Shown piece by piece: positions 8,288 to 16,977 of a stretch of 32,000 nucleotides of DNA. The position numbers were made by a program, and so were the translations under genes. Positions within the stretch are counted from its first letter, which is position 1. Each line of letters starts with the position of its first letter. The stretch is taken from contig NC_008340.1 in the NCBI RefSeq assembly GCF_000014785.1, positions 1,380,001 to 1,412,000 on the forward strand. The letters are read 5' to 3'. The DNA is from Alkalilimnicola ehrlichii MLHE-1. GTDB taxonomy: Bacteria; Pseudomonadota; Gammaproteobacteria; Nitrococcales; Halorhodospiraceae. The notes under the pieces are model-generated. The model was not told the DNA's origin and ran no database searches. It was given only the letters and a program-made list of their open reading frames with translations.

Positions 8288-10015
8288 ATGGCAGGCAAAG
8301 GGATTTCGATTCCGAGGCGATGGTTGTGGGCCGCGGCGGCCCTGCTGGTGCTACTGGTGCTTGTGCGCCACCTGCCACCGGCGGCCGGTGCCTGCAGCGG
8401 CGATTTCACACCGATTTACCAGGTCACCGGGGACGAACCGGGCGAGGCCCTCGATCCGGGGACGTCCGTCCGCGTGAAGGGCGCGGTTACGGGGGTCTTT
8501 CTGGACGACGGGGGCCTCGACGGCTTCTTCATCCAAGGCGAGGGCCCCGGCGACGGCCTGCCCAGCGGGGTGTTTGTCTATGCGCCGGGGCTGGCGCCGG
8601 AGGAGATGGCGCGGGTCCGTGCCGGCCGCCAGCTGGCCCTGCGGGCGCGCACCGGGCGCTGGCAGGGGCAGATCCAGCTTCAGCGCGTGCGGGCGTTAAA
8701 CGACTGCGGCGAGGCGGCGGAGTTGGCACCGCAGCCCGTTCGCTTCCCGCTGCATCGCCCGGAGCGGCGCTGGGCCGGCTTGTGGGTGCGGGTGGAGACC
8801 CCGATGACCGTCAGCGGCAGCCACGAACTGCAGCGTTACGGCAGCCTGCACCTGGCGGCCGACGGGCGTGCCTTCCGGCCCAGCAACTTTCTCGACCCCG
8901 ATGAGCGTCCGCCCGGCCGGCTGCGTTTGATCCTTGATGACGGTAGTCATTCGGTCTGGCCGGAGCCGGTGCCCTGGCTGGATGAGCGGGGGACCCGACG
9001 GGTCGGGACCCGGGTGGAGGGCCTGGAGGGGATATTGGCCGACACCTTCGGTGCCCTGCGACTGCACCCCACCCGCACGCCCCGGTTCGTCGACCAGAAC
9101 CCGCGTCCAGCCCCCCCGGAACGGGCCGGGGAGGGGCTGATCCGGGTGGCCGGTTTTAACGTGGAGAACTACTTCCTGACCCTCGGCGAGCGGGGGGCGG
9201 ACAGTGCGCGGGCCCTGGATCGCCAGCGCGCCCGCCTGCTTCCGGCGCTCGCGGCCCTGGACGCGGACATTGTCGGCCTGGTGGAGATGGAGAACGACCG
9301 CGCCGCGCTCGAGGACCTGGTTGCGGCGCTGAATGATCACCTGGGCGCCGACCGGTACCGGGCGGCGCCCGGCACACCGGACACCGGCAGCGACGAGATC
9401 AAGGTCTCGCTGATCTACCGCCCTGACCGGGTCGAACGGGTGGGCGGACCGCTCCGTGACCTGGAGCCCGTCCATCACCGGCCACCGGTCAAGGCGGCTT
9501 TCCGGCCGGCGGCGGGGGGCGCGCCCTTTGCCGTTGCCGTGGTCCACCACAAGGCCAAGGTGGGCTGCCCCGACAGCGACGACATCGACCGCGGCCAGGG
9601 CTGCTGGAACCTGCGCCGCCAGGCGCAGTCGGAAGCCCTGCTCGAGGCCATTGGCCGCTGGCGTGAGGATCGCGCGGACGACCTCCCCGTGCTCATCGTC
9701 GGCGACGTGAACGCCTATGGCGGTGAGGACCCGGTGCGCGCACTGCTGGCCGGTGGCAAGCGCGACCTGCTGGCGCGCCACCTGCCGCCGGAACGGCGCT
9801 ACACTTACGTCTTTCGCGGCGAGTCCGGCTACCTGGATCACGCCCTGGCCCCGCCACGGCTTGCAGACCGGGTGCAGGCCGCCGGCACCTGGGCCATCAA
9901 CGCCGATGAACCGCGGCTGCTGGAGTACGATGCGCGTGGTATCGAGCGGCGCTTCCGGCCCGGGCCCTGGCGCAGCTCGGATCACGACCCGGTTTGGGTG
10001 GACCTGCGGCCCTGA
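8288..10015 (+). CDS. ExeM/NucH-like extracellular endonuclease/exonuclease/phosphatase family protein
   Basis: Signal peptide-like N-terminus, OB-like domain, then EEP domain motifs 'VAGFNVENYFL', 'DIVGLVEMEND', 'VAVVHHKAKVG', 'LIVGDVNAYGGEDPV', 'SSDHDPVWVDL'. Confidence 0.85.
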   Translation: MAGKGISIPRRWLWAAAALLVLLVLVRHLPPAAGACSGDFTPIYQVTGDEPGEALDPGTSVRVKGAVTGVFLDDGGLDGFFIQGEGPGDGLPSGVFVYAPGLAPEEMARVRAGRQLALRARTGRWQGQIQLQRVRALNDCGEAAELAPQPVRFPLHRPERRWAGLWVRVETPMTVSGSHELQRYGSLHLAADGRAFRPSNFLDPDERPPGRLRLILDDGSHSVWPEPVPWLDERGTRRVGTRVEGLEGILADTFGALRLHPTRTPRFVDQNPRPAPPERAGEGLIRVAGFNVENYFLTLGERGADSARALDRQRARLLPALAALDADIVGLVEMENDRAALEDLVAALNDHLGADRYRAAPGTPDTGSDEIKVSLIYRPDRVERVGGPLRDLEPVHHRPPVKAAFRPAAGGAPFAVAVVHHKAKVGCPDSDDIDRGQGCWNLRRQAQSEALLEAIGRWREDRADDLPVLIVGDVNAYGGEDPVRALLAGGKRDLLARHLPPERRYTYVFRGESGYLDHALAPPRLADRVQAAGTWAINADEPRLLEYDARGIERRFRPGPWRSSDHDPVWVDLRP

Positions 10016-10032
10016 CCGGACGGGCGCCGGCG

Positions 10033-11025
10033 CTACCAGCGCACGCTGAGGCTCAGTGACCCGTACTCGGCGTCCTCCGGTTGCCCCTTGAACTCCCGGG
10101 TGCGGTAGGCGTGGGTATAGGCGAGCCGGGCCCACCGGTTGGCCACCGCCAGGCCGACGGTGGCCTCGGCCACCCAGGGCTCGCGGCGTACGCTGCGGCT
10201 GCGTCGGTAAGTGTTGCCGTCCAGGAAGACATCACGGGCCCGGCCCTGGCCATCGATGCCAGTGAAGACATACCAGCCCCAACGTTCCGCGGGGACGAAC
10301 CGCATGGACCCGGGAAAGGCGGGCTGGATGCGCGGCGGCGAGAAGTCATTGGGCATGTGCCGACCGAGGCGCAGGGTCAGCCCGGTGCCGGCCAGGGTGA
10401 AGGGGGTGCCCAGGGCGAGCCCCAGGTGGCCGTTGAGGTCGGCGCCCCAGCCGTCGACCCGGGGCATCTCCCAGACGCGCTCGATCCGCTCGGCGCTCAC
10501 CATCAGGGTGGGTTCGTTGCGCAACTGGGTGTCCCAGCCCCGGGGCATGTCGGTGTCGATGAGCCGGTGCACCTCCTTCTGGGTGCGTTTCGCCAGCGAG
10601 GCCGGGCCAACCATCCCCACCGTGACCATCACCCGGGTCAGGCTGTCACTGCGCAACTGGCCCAGGCCCGTGCTGACGTTGAGCCAGCCGGCGTAGGGGC
10701 GGTCGTCCTCCGGCGGGTCCGGGTCGGTGATGTCCTTGGGGGTGTACATGTTCTGCCCCAGGGAGAAGCTGTAGCTTATCGGTTTTCCCGGATCGACCAG
10801 GCGGCTGCGTTCGCCCACCAGGGTGACCAGGTCGTAGAGGAGCCCCGGGCGGCCCGTGCGCATCCAGGTGGCGCGCACGCCATTGGTGTACCAGCGGTCA
10901 TCGCCGCCGAACAGATCGTTTTCGTACTCGAGGATCAGCGTGGTGTCCTCCGCGACCACCTGGCCGGGAAGGGCTATGCTTGCCGCTAGCAGGAGGCTAC
11001 TGAGCAGGGGGGCTATCGGGCGCAT
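10033..11025 (-). CDS. LpxR/DUF2219 family outer-membrane protein (lipid A 3'-O-deacylase-like)
   Basis: 'LILEYENDLFGGDDRWYTNGVRATW', 'SFSLGQNMYTP', 'DRPYAGWL' are family motifs. A signal peptide begins at MRPIAPLLSSLLLAASIALPGQVVA, so the start was placed at 11025 rather than 11091. Confidence 0.85.
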   Translation of the reverse strand: MRPIAPLLSSLLLAASIALPGQVVAEDTTLILEYENDLFGGDDRWYTNGVRATWMRTGRPGLLYDLVTLVGERSRLVDPGKPISYSFSLGQNMYTPKDITDPDPPEDDRPYAGWLNVSTGLGQLRSDSLTRVMVTVGMVGPASLAKRTQKEVHRLIDTDMPRGWDTQLRNEPTLMVSAERIERVWEMPRVDGWGADLNGHLGLALGTPFTLAGTGLTLRLGRHMPNDFSPPRIQPAFPGSMRFVPAERWGWYVFTGIDGQGRARDVFLDGNTYRRSRSVRREPWVAEATVGLAVANRWARLAYTHAYRTREFKGQPEDAEYGSLSLSVRW

Positions 11026-11073
11026 GAGGTCGTCTTTCCCTGGCAATTCCTGAGTCCCATTTTCGGGAACGGC

Positions 11074-11104
11074 TTGCGGTGGGTTTTGCAAGGTCCGTTA
11101 CAAT
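11074..11104 (+). promoter_or_regulatory. Candidate ectC promoter
   Basis: TTGCGG (11074-11079) - 19 bp - TACAAT (11099-11104), located 33 bp upstream of the ectC ATG. Eye-based sigma70-like match only; the 19-bp spacer is long. Confidence 0.4.
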
Positions 11105-11137
11105 AGCGCGTCAACTCACGAAAGCGGAGCACAACAC

Positions 11138-11536
11138 ATGAAGATCGTGAAACTGCAGGATATCATCGGTACCGAGCGCGAGGTCCACGGTGAGGGGTGG
11201 CGCAGCCGCCGGATCCTGCTGAAGAAGGACAAGATGGGCTTTTCTCTGCATGAGACCATCTGGCCCCCCGGTCACGAACTGCGCATGTGGTACAAGAACC
11301 ACCTGGAGGCGGTCTATTGCGTGGCCGGCAACGGCTCCATCGAGGACCTGGAGACTGGCGAGGTCCATGAGCTCTACGATGGCGTCTGCTACGCGCTGGA
11401 CAAGCACGACCGCCATATCCTGCGGGGTGGCACCGAGGAAATGCGGCTGGTCTGTGTCTTCAACCCGCCGGTGACCGGGTTGGAGGTCCACGACGAGGAC
11501 GGGGCTTACTGTCTGGTCGAGGACGACGACGACTGA
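11138..11536 (+). CDS. ectC: L-ectoine synthase
   Basis: 132 aa cupin-like protein [64 protein letters not shown]... with an acidic tail. Diagnostic EctC sequence. Confidence 0.97.
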   Translation: MKIVKLQDIIGTEREVHGEGWRSRRILLKKDKMGFSLHETIWPPGHELRMWYKNHLEAVYCVAGNGSIEDLETGEVHELYDGVCYALDKHDRHILRGGTEEMRLVCVFNPPVTGLEVHDEDGAYCLVEDDDD

Positions 11537-11564
11537 GGCCGTTTCCGGCGCGGTTCAGCGGTGC

Positions 11565-11604
11565 AAAAAAAACCGGCGCCGGTGGCAACACCGGCGCCGG
11601 TTTT
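11565..11604. terminator. Bidirectional Rho-independent terminator between convergent ectC and ectB
   Basis: AAAAAAAACCGGCGCCGGTG-GCAA-CACCGGCGCCGGTTTT: 16-bp perfect inverted repeat (11569-11584 / 11589-11604) with a GCAA (GNRA) tetraloop. A-tract on one side and T-tract on the other allow termination from both directions. Confidence 0.85.
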
Positions 11605-11636
11605 CTCATGGGTGACACCCTGGGAGCACCCGGCGG

Positions 11637-12959
11637 CTACTGGCTGGAGGCGGCGTCGCGGTTCATGCCCAGCTCCTCCATGGCCGCCACCAGCGCCTGC
11701 TCGATGATCGCCAGGCCCTTCTCCAGGTCCTCGTCGGAGGTGACCAGCGGCGGCAGCAGCTTGAGCACCTCGTCGCGCGGCCCGGAGGTCTCGATGATCA
11801 GCTTGCGCTGGAAGGCGTGCTCGCTGATCTTCTCGGCCAGCTCGGCGTTATCGAAGGCGATGCCCTGCATCATCCCGCGGCCGCGGACCTGACCCGGGGC
11901 CTGCGGGTACTTTTTCAGCAGGCCGGCCAGGAACTCGCGCATCTTCTCGCCCTTGCGCAGGACCTCCTTCTGGAAGCTGTCGTCGCTCCAGAACAGTTCC
12001 AGTGCGCGCTTGGCCGTGACCACGGCGGGGTTGAAGCCGCGGAAGGTGCCGTTGTGCTCACCCGGCTCCCAGATGTCGTGCTCCGGCTTGACCAGCGTGA
12101 TGGACAGGGGCATGCCGTAGCCGCTGAGCGACTTGGAGACGGTGACGACGTCCGGCTTGATGCCGGACTCCTCGAAGCTGAAGTAGGACCCCGCGCGACC
12201 GTTGCCGGCCTGGATGTCGTCCACGATCAGTAGCATGTCGTACTTCTTGCACAGTGCTTCGACCTGGCGCATCCACTCCGCGCAGGCCACATTGAGGCCG
12301 CCCTCGCCCTGGATGGGCTCCATGATGATGGCCGCGGGGTGGTCCACGCCCGAACCCCCATCCTTGAGCATCCGGTCCAGGTAGTCGACGCAGTTGCGCT
12401 CGCTCCCGCCGCGGTTGACGCAGGGGCCGAAGTAGCCGCAGTAGGGCATGGTCTGGCCGTGGGTCAGCGGGATGCCGGCCCCCTTGCGCTTGAACTCGTT
12501 ACCCGTCACCGACAGCGAGCCCAGGGTCATGCCATGGAAGGCGTTGGTAAAGGAGATGACGTCCTCCCGGCCGGTGACCTTGCGCGCGATCTTCAGCGCG
12601 GTCTCGACGGCGTTGGTCCCGGTGGGCCCGGGGAACTGCACCCGGTAGTCCATGCCGCGCGGCTCCAGGATCAGGCGGTGGAAGGTATCCAGGAATTCGG
12701 CGCGGGCCTTGGAGGCCATATCCAGGCTGTGCGTGACGCCGTCGCGCTCGAGGTATTCGATCAGCGCCTTTTTGATCTCCGGGTGGTTGTGCCCGTAGTT
12801 CATGACGCTGGCGCCGGCGAAGAAGTCCAGGTAGGCCTCACCGTCCAGGTTATAGAGGTAGCTGCCCTTCGCAGTGTCGAACACGGTGGGGAAGCTGCGC
12901 ACGTAGGAACGGACGATGGACTCGTGTTCCTCGATCGTGTGCATATAATCGATAGTCAT
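11637..12959 (-). CDS. ectB: Diaminobutyrate--2-oxoglutarate transaminase
   Basis: MTIDYMHTIEEHESIVRSYVRSFPTVFDTAKGSYLYNLDGEAYLDFFAGASVMNYGHNHPEIKKALIEYL...; class III aminotransferase with 'LLIVDDIQAGNGRAGSYFSFE' and 'VTVSKSLSG'. 440 aa. The ORF-track N-terminal extension to 13307 overlaps ectA out of frame and is artefactual. Confidence 0.96.
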   Translation of the reverse strand: MTIDYMHTIEEHESIVRSYVRSFPTVFDTAKGSYLYNLDGEAYLDFFAGASVMNYGHNHPEIKKALIEYLERDGVTHSLDMASKARAEFLDTFHRLILEPRGMDYRVQFPGPTGTNAVETALKIARKVTGREDVISFTNAFHGMTLGSLSVTGNEFKRKGAGIPLTHGQTMPYCGYFGPCVNRGGSERNCVDYLDRMLKDGGSGVDHPAAIIMEPIQGEGGLNVACAEWMRQVEALCKKYDMLLIVDDIQAGNGRAGSYFSFEESGIKPDVVTVSKSLSGYGMPLSITLVKPEHDIWEPGEHNGTFRGFNPAVVTAKRALELFWSDDSFQKEVLRKGEKMREFLAGLLKKYPQAPGQVRGRGMMQGIAFDNAELAEKISEHAFQRKLIIETSGPRDEVLKLLPPLVTSDEDLEKGLAIIEQALVAAMEELGMNRDAASSQ

Positions 12960-13014
12960 GGTGATCCCTCTGTATGAATGAACCTTGGTTGTCGAGTGCC
13001 CGGCAGCTGCCGGC

Positions 13015-13560
13015 TCAGGCGATGCAGTCGCCGTAGCGCCGCCGGACCTCGTCCGGGTCGAGCGGGCCGATCCGGAAGAGCAGCTCCGCCTCGTGCCCCT
13101 GATCGGGGTGGAAGTGCTCTTCGGTGAAATGCGGGCTTTCGATGTTGTCCACGCCCAGCTCGCGCGCGATGGAGGCGAACAGCGCCCGGGAGGCCTCGTT
13201 GGAGGGCGAGATCGTGGTCTCCAGCAGCGTCGCGCCGCGGGCACCGGGGGCGGCCAGGAAGGCGCGGAGCAGCCGCTTGCCCAGGCCCTTGCCCCGGGCC
13301 GCCGCATCCACGCCCACCTGCCAGAGAAAAATGGAGTCGGGGCGCTTAGGCGGGCGATAACCGATGACGAAACCCACGATCTGGCCGTCCATCTCCGCCA
13401 CCACGCTGGTGTCCGCGAAGTCGGTGGCCATCAACAGGTAAAGATAGCTGGAGTTCAGGTCCAGCACCCCGGAGTCGCGCACCACGCGCCACATGGGGCC
13501 GCCGTCATCAACGGTGGGGGTGCGGATTACAATGCCGTCCGCCGCGTTCTTATCAGACAC
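13015..13560 (-). CDS. ectA: L-2,4-diaminobutyric acid acetyltransferase
   Basis: GNAT fold; 'IVIRTPTVDDGGPMWRVVRDSGVLDLNSSYLYLLMATDFADTSVVAE', 'DSIFLWQVGVDAAARGKGLGKRLL'. GTG start at 13560 preceded by GAGGAG RBS; 181 aa. Confidence 0.95.
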   Translation of the reverse strand: MSDKNAADGIVIRTPTVDDGGPMWRVVRDSGVLDLNSSYLYLLMATDFADTSVVAEMDGQIVGFVIGYRPPKRPDSIFLWQVGVDAAARGKGLGKRLLRAFLAAPGARGATLLETTISPSNEASRALFASIARELGVDNIESPHFTEEHFHPDQGHEAELLFRIGPLDPDEVRRRYGDCIA

Positions 13561-13758
13561 GGGATTCTCCTCGCTGGCTAGCTGGATGCGTGACAGAGAG
13601 CGGGTGTGTGAATGCCCCAGGGCCGACGGGCGGTTTCCGGGCGGGCCCGGGCCGGGCATTCAAGGGATGAATCGGTGTGATTGTTGAGGCCGCCGGTGGT
13701 TGCCGGCTTATTCTGTAGGGCTCGCAAACCGAGTCCTCGTTGCTCCTTTAAGCCCTTC

Positions 13759-13787
13759 ATTCAAACATTCCGCTATAAGCAGGTCAA
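13759..13787 (-). promoter_or_regulatory. Candidate ectAB promoter
   Basis: On the minus strand TTGACC (13787-13782) - 17 bp - TTGAAT (13764-13759). Good -35, weaker -10. Confidence 0.4.
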
Positions 13788-13869
13788 GCTGGGCGCCCCG
13801 GGGGCATGAATGGCGAAGGGCGCCGGCGTATACTGTCCGTCCTTATCACTATAGGTGGCGGTAGCGGTG

Positions 13870-14559
13870 ATGGTGCAACGAATTCTGGCCCTGGATACGG
13901 CCACGGAGGCCTGCTCGGCGGCGCTGGCCGTGGGCGATGCGGTATTGGCGGACAGTGTCATCAGCCCCCGCGGCCATACCGCCCGGGTGCTGCCCATGGT
14001 CAAGGCCTTGTTGGCCGAGGCGGGCATCTCGCTGGCGGCATTGGACGGCCTGGCCTGGGGCTGCGGCCCGGGATCGTTCACCGGGTTGCGCATCGGGACC
14101 TCGGTGGTCCAGGGGCTGGCTCTGTCCCACGATCTGCCGGTGGCGCCGGTCTCGAACCTCGAGATGCTGGCCCAAGGGGGCTGGCGGGCGGTTGGCGCCG
14201 CCCGGGTGGTGGCCGCCCTCGATGCCCGGATGGGCGAGGTCTACTGGGCCGGCTACGAGATCGGTGAGGATGGGCTGATGCACCCGGTTGCCAGGGCCCG
14301 GGTCTGCGCTCCCGAGGCCACCCCCTGTGTGGTCCGCGGGGAGGGCTGGTGGGGTGTCGGCCGGGGGTGGGGGGCGTACGGTGACGCCCTGGCGCGCCAG
14401 CAGGGCGAGTTGGCCGGCACCCTGCCGGAGGCCGTGCCGTTGGCCCGTGACGCGCTGGCCCGGGCCCGCCAGGTGTTGCGGGATGGCGAGGGGGTTTCGG
14501 CGGAGCAGGCCCAGCCGGTCTACCTGCGCAACCGGGTGGCGGAGAAGCCGCGGGCCTGA
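13870..14559 (+). CDS. tsaB: tRNA threonylcarbamoyladenosine biosynthesis protein TsaB (YeaZ)
   Basis: 'ILALDTATEACSAALAVGDAVLADSV', 'VKALLAEAGISLAALDGLAWGCGPGSFTGLRIGTSVVQGLA'. Confidence 0.95.
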   Translation: MVQRILALDTATEACSAALAVGDAVLADSVISPRGHTARVLPMVKALLAEAGISLAALDGLAWGCGPGSFTGLRIGTSVVQGLALSHDLPVAPVSNLEMLAQGGWRAVGAARVVAALDARMGEVYWAGYEIGEDGLMHPVARARVCAPEATPCVVRGEGWWGVGRGWGAYGDALARQQGELAGTLPEAVPLARDALARARQVLRDGEGVSAEQAQPVYLRNRVAEKPRA

Positions 14560-14610
14560 ACCCGGCACCCGCAGTGGTCGTCCCGGCGACCGATGCCCGG
14601 GCGTGCGGCG

Positions 14611-15600
14611 TCAGGCCCGGGCCAGACAGGCCGCCAGGTCGTCGGCCAGGCGCTCCATCAGCTCGAACCAGGCGTCCGGGCCGGGTTCCAGGGTTGCGCC
14701 CAACGGGTCGAGGACGCCGGCCTCGGCCCCGGTGCCTTCCACCAGGGTGGTCACCAGGCTCGGGCGGAACTGTGGTTCGGCGAAGACGCAGCGGGCACCG
14801 GTATCACGGATGCGCTGGCGGAGTTCTGACAGCCGGCGGGCGCTGGGCTGGCGCTCCGGGCTCACCGTCACCGAACCCACCGGACTGAGGCCGTAATGCG
14901 CCTCGAAGTATTGGTAGGCGTCGTGGAAGACCAGATAGGGAAGCTCAGCCAGCGACGCCAGGCGTTCATGCAGTGACGCATCCAACCGCTCGATCCGCTC
15001 CAGGGTGGCGGCGGCGTTGGCGCGATAGGCCGCGCCGTTGTCCGGGTCGAGGACCGCCAGCCTCTCCGCCAGCGTGTCGATAAACTGGCGCGCGAAGGCC
15101 GGGGAAAGCCACAGGTGAGTGTCGTAGTCCCCGTGGTGGTCGTGGGGCTGGCCATGACCATGGTCATGGTGGTGGTCACTATGGCCGTGGCCATGGGGTT
15201 CGTGGCTGTGATCGTCGTGGTGGTGCGGGTCCCACAGCCCCCCCTCGCGGATCGGGTGCAGGGGGATACCGTCCAGCGCCAGCAGCGTCATCTTCTCCGC
15301 ATCACCGGCCAGGTTGCGCAGCGGCCGCTCCAGGAACCGCTCCAGTTCCGGGCCGACCCAGATGACCAGCTCGGCGTGACGCAGATGCTCTGCCTCCGAC
15401 GGCCGCAGGCTGTAGGTATGTGGCGAGGCGCCACCGGGGAGCAGCAGTTGCGGCTCGGCCACGCCGTCCATGACCGACGCCGTCAGGCTGTGCAGCGGCA
15501 ACAGGCTGGCGACCACCTTTGGCGGCTGCGCCAGGGCACCGATGCTTGTCGTGAGCCCCAGAAGGGCACAGCCAAGCAGGCCGAACAGTTTGCTTTTCAT
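14611..15600 (-). CDS. znuA: Zinc ABC transporter substrate-binding protein ZnuA
   Basis: 'VVASLLPLHSLTASVMDGV', 'LLLPGGASPHTYSLRPSEAEHLRHAELVIWVG', a His-rich loop 'DPHHHDDHSHEPHGHGHSDHHHDHGHGQPHDHHGDYDTHLWLSP'. Adjacent to zur/znuCB. Confidence 0.95.
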   Translation of the reverse strand: MKSKLFGLLGCALLGLTTSIGALAQPPKVVASLLPLHSLTASVMDGVAEPQLLLPGGASPHTYSLRPSEAEHLRHAELVIWVGPELERFLERPLRNLAGDAEKMTLLALDGIPLHPIREGGLWDPHHHDDHSHEPHGHGHSDHHHDHGHGQPHDHHGDYDTHLWLSPAFARQFIDTLAERLAVLDPDNGAAYRANAAATLERIERLDASLHERLASLAELPYLVFHDAYQYFEAHYGLSPVGSVTVSPERQPSARRLSELRQRIRDTGARCVFAEPQFRPSLVTTLVEGTGAEAGVLDPLGATLEPGPDAWFELMERLADDLAACLARA

Positions 15601-15674
15601 GGGCTTGTCGGGGTTCCAATGGGGAGAGTGGGCCGCTCGGCGCCGGGGCGCCCGGGTTCCGTGAATCGGTTCAA

Positions 15675-15688
15675 AATGTTATAACATT
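15675..15688. promoter_or_regulatory. Zur-box-like palindrome in the znuA/zur divergent intergenic region
   Basis: Perfect 14-bp palindrome AATGTTATAACATT inside CAAAATGTTATAACATTGCAC. Resembles the gammaproteobacterial Zur motif and sits between divergent znuA and zur. Confidence 0.8.
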
Positions 15689-15721
15689 GCACACTGTGGA
15701 TGCAAAGCGGGACGTCATACC

Positions 15722-16210
15722 ATGAACGAGCCGGGGGTGGTCACCGATTTCCACGACCACGGCCATGACCATGCCGGGTGTCAGCAGGCGGCGCTGCGCC
15801 GGGCCGAGGCGGTCTGTAGGACGAGCGGGGCACGACTCACGCCCCTGCGGCGCCGGGTACTGGAGCTGATCTGGGCGAGCCATGAGCCGGTCAAGGCCTA
15901 CGAATTGCTGGCCCGGCTGCGGGAGGAGCGGGCCAGTGTGGCGCCGCCCACCGTCTACCGGGCCCTGGAGTTCCTGCTCGCGCAGCGGCTGATCCACCGG
16001 CTCGAGTCCCTTAACGCCTACCTGGGCTGCGGCGCCCCGGACCGGCCTCACGCCTGTCAGTTCCTGATCTGTGAGCGGTGCCAGGCGGTGGCGGAGTTGT
16101 CCGATGACGATATCAGTCGGCTCATTGAGCGCAAGGCGCGCGACCTGGGCTTCCAGATGGACCGGCAGACCATTGAACTGACTGGCGTGTGCCCCGCATG
16201 TTTGGCCTGA
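15722..16210 (+). CDS. zur: Fur family transcriptional regulator, zinc uptake regulator Zur
   Basis: Fur-family layout 'RLTPLRRRVLELIWASHEPVKAYELL', 'VAPPTVYRALEFLLAQRLIHRLESLNAYLGC', CxxC pairs 'CQFLICERCQAV' and 'GVCPACLA'. Upstream of znuC/znuB. Confidence 0.92.
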   Translation: MNEPGVVTDFHDHGHDHAGCQQAALRRAEAVCRTSGARLTPLRRRVLELIWASHEPVKAYELLARLREERASVAPPTVYRALEFLLAQRLIHRLESLNAYLGCGAPDRPHACQFLICERCQAVAELSDDDISRLIERKARDLGFQMDRQTIELTGVCPACLA

Positions 16211-16977
16211 TCCACAATCCGCCCCACGCAGGGCGGCTGCCGGCCGCCGCCACCACCCTGGTGGAGGCCCGGGGGTTGACGGTGCGCCGGGGTGACCAGC
16301 CGGTGCTGTGCAATGTGGATCTGGTGGTGGAGAGCGGACAAGTGGTCACCCTGGTGGGGCCGAATGGCTCCGGAAAATCCACCCTGGTGCAGGTGCTGAC
16401 CGGCGTGATCCGGGATTACCGGGGGCAGGTGGGGCGCCGCACGGGGCTGCGGGTGGGCTACGTGCCGCAGCACTTTCGCATCGACCGCAACCTCCCCATC
16501 ACGGTGCGCCGGTTCATGAAACTGGCGCCGCGGGGCCGCCGGGGCCACTGGGCGGAAGCGGTGGCCGATGCCGGTGTCTCGCAGTTGCTGGACCGGCCCA
16601 TGCAGGGGTTGTCGGGTGGCGAATTGCGGCGGGTGCTGCTGGCCCGGGCACTGCTCTCACGCCCGCATCTGCTGGCGCTGGACGAGCCGGCAGCGGGTCT
16701 GGATCAGCGTGGCCAGGGGGAGCTGTACCGTTTGATCCGCCATGTGCGGGATCGCTACGGCTGCGGCGTGTTGGTGGTCTCCCACGACCTCAACCTGGTG
16801 ATGGCGGCCACCGACCAGGTGCTCTGTCTGAGCGAGGGCCATATCCTGTGCCGTGGGGCGCCGGAATCGGTGCGCGCCCACCCGGAGTACCGGGCGCTGT
16901 TCGGCGCGCACCTGGGGCCGGAGACAGCGGTCTTCCCTCACGCACACGGGCCGGGGGAGGGCTGCACTCATGGATGA
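16189..16977 (+). CDS. znuC: Zinc ABC transporter ATP-binding protein ZnuC
   Basis: Walker A 'VGPNGSGKSTLVQVLTG', signature 'LSGGELRRVLLARALL', Walker B 'LLALDEPAAGLD'. Overlaps the zur 3' end; start may be GTG 16189 or ATG 16198. Confidence 0.94.
   Translation: MPRMFGLIHNPPHAGRLPAAATTLVEARGLTVRRGDQPVLCNVDLVVESGQVVTLVGPNGSGKSTLVQVLTGVIRDYRGQVGRRTGLRVGYVPQHFRIDRNLPITVRRFMKLAPRGRRGHWAEAVADAGVSQLLDRPMQGLSGGELRRVLLARALLSRPHLLALDEPAAGLDQRGQGELYRLIRHVRDRYGCGVLVVSHDLNLVMAATDQVLCLSEGHILCRGAPESVRAHPEYRALFGAHLGPETAVFPHAHGPGEGCTHG

Noticed and set aside
8696-10135. 479-aa minus-strand ORF
   Set aside because: Antisense to the ExeM-like nuclease and extends across the lpxR-like gene in another frame; no recognisable domain.
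12960-13307. N-terminal extension of the ectB ORF
   Set aside because: It overlaps ectA in another frame with Arg/Pro/Ser-rich nonsense sequence; the true EctB start MTIDYMHTIEE lies at 12959.
13578-13760. 60-aa minus-strand ORF upstream of ectA as a leader peptide
   Set aside because: No clear RBS, it overlaps the ectA start region in a different frame, and composition is not persuasive; leader function cannot be supported.
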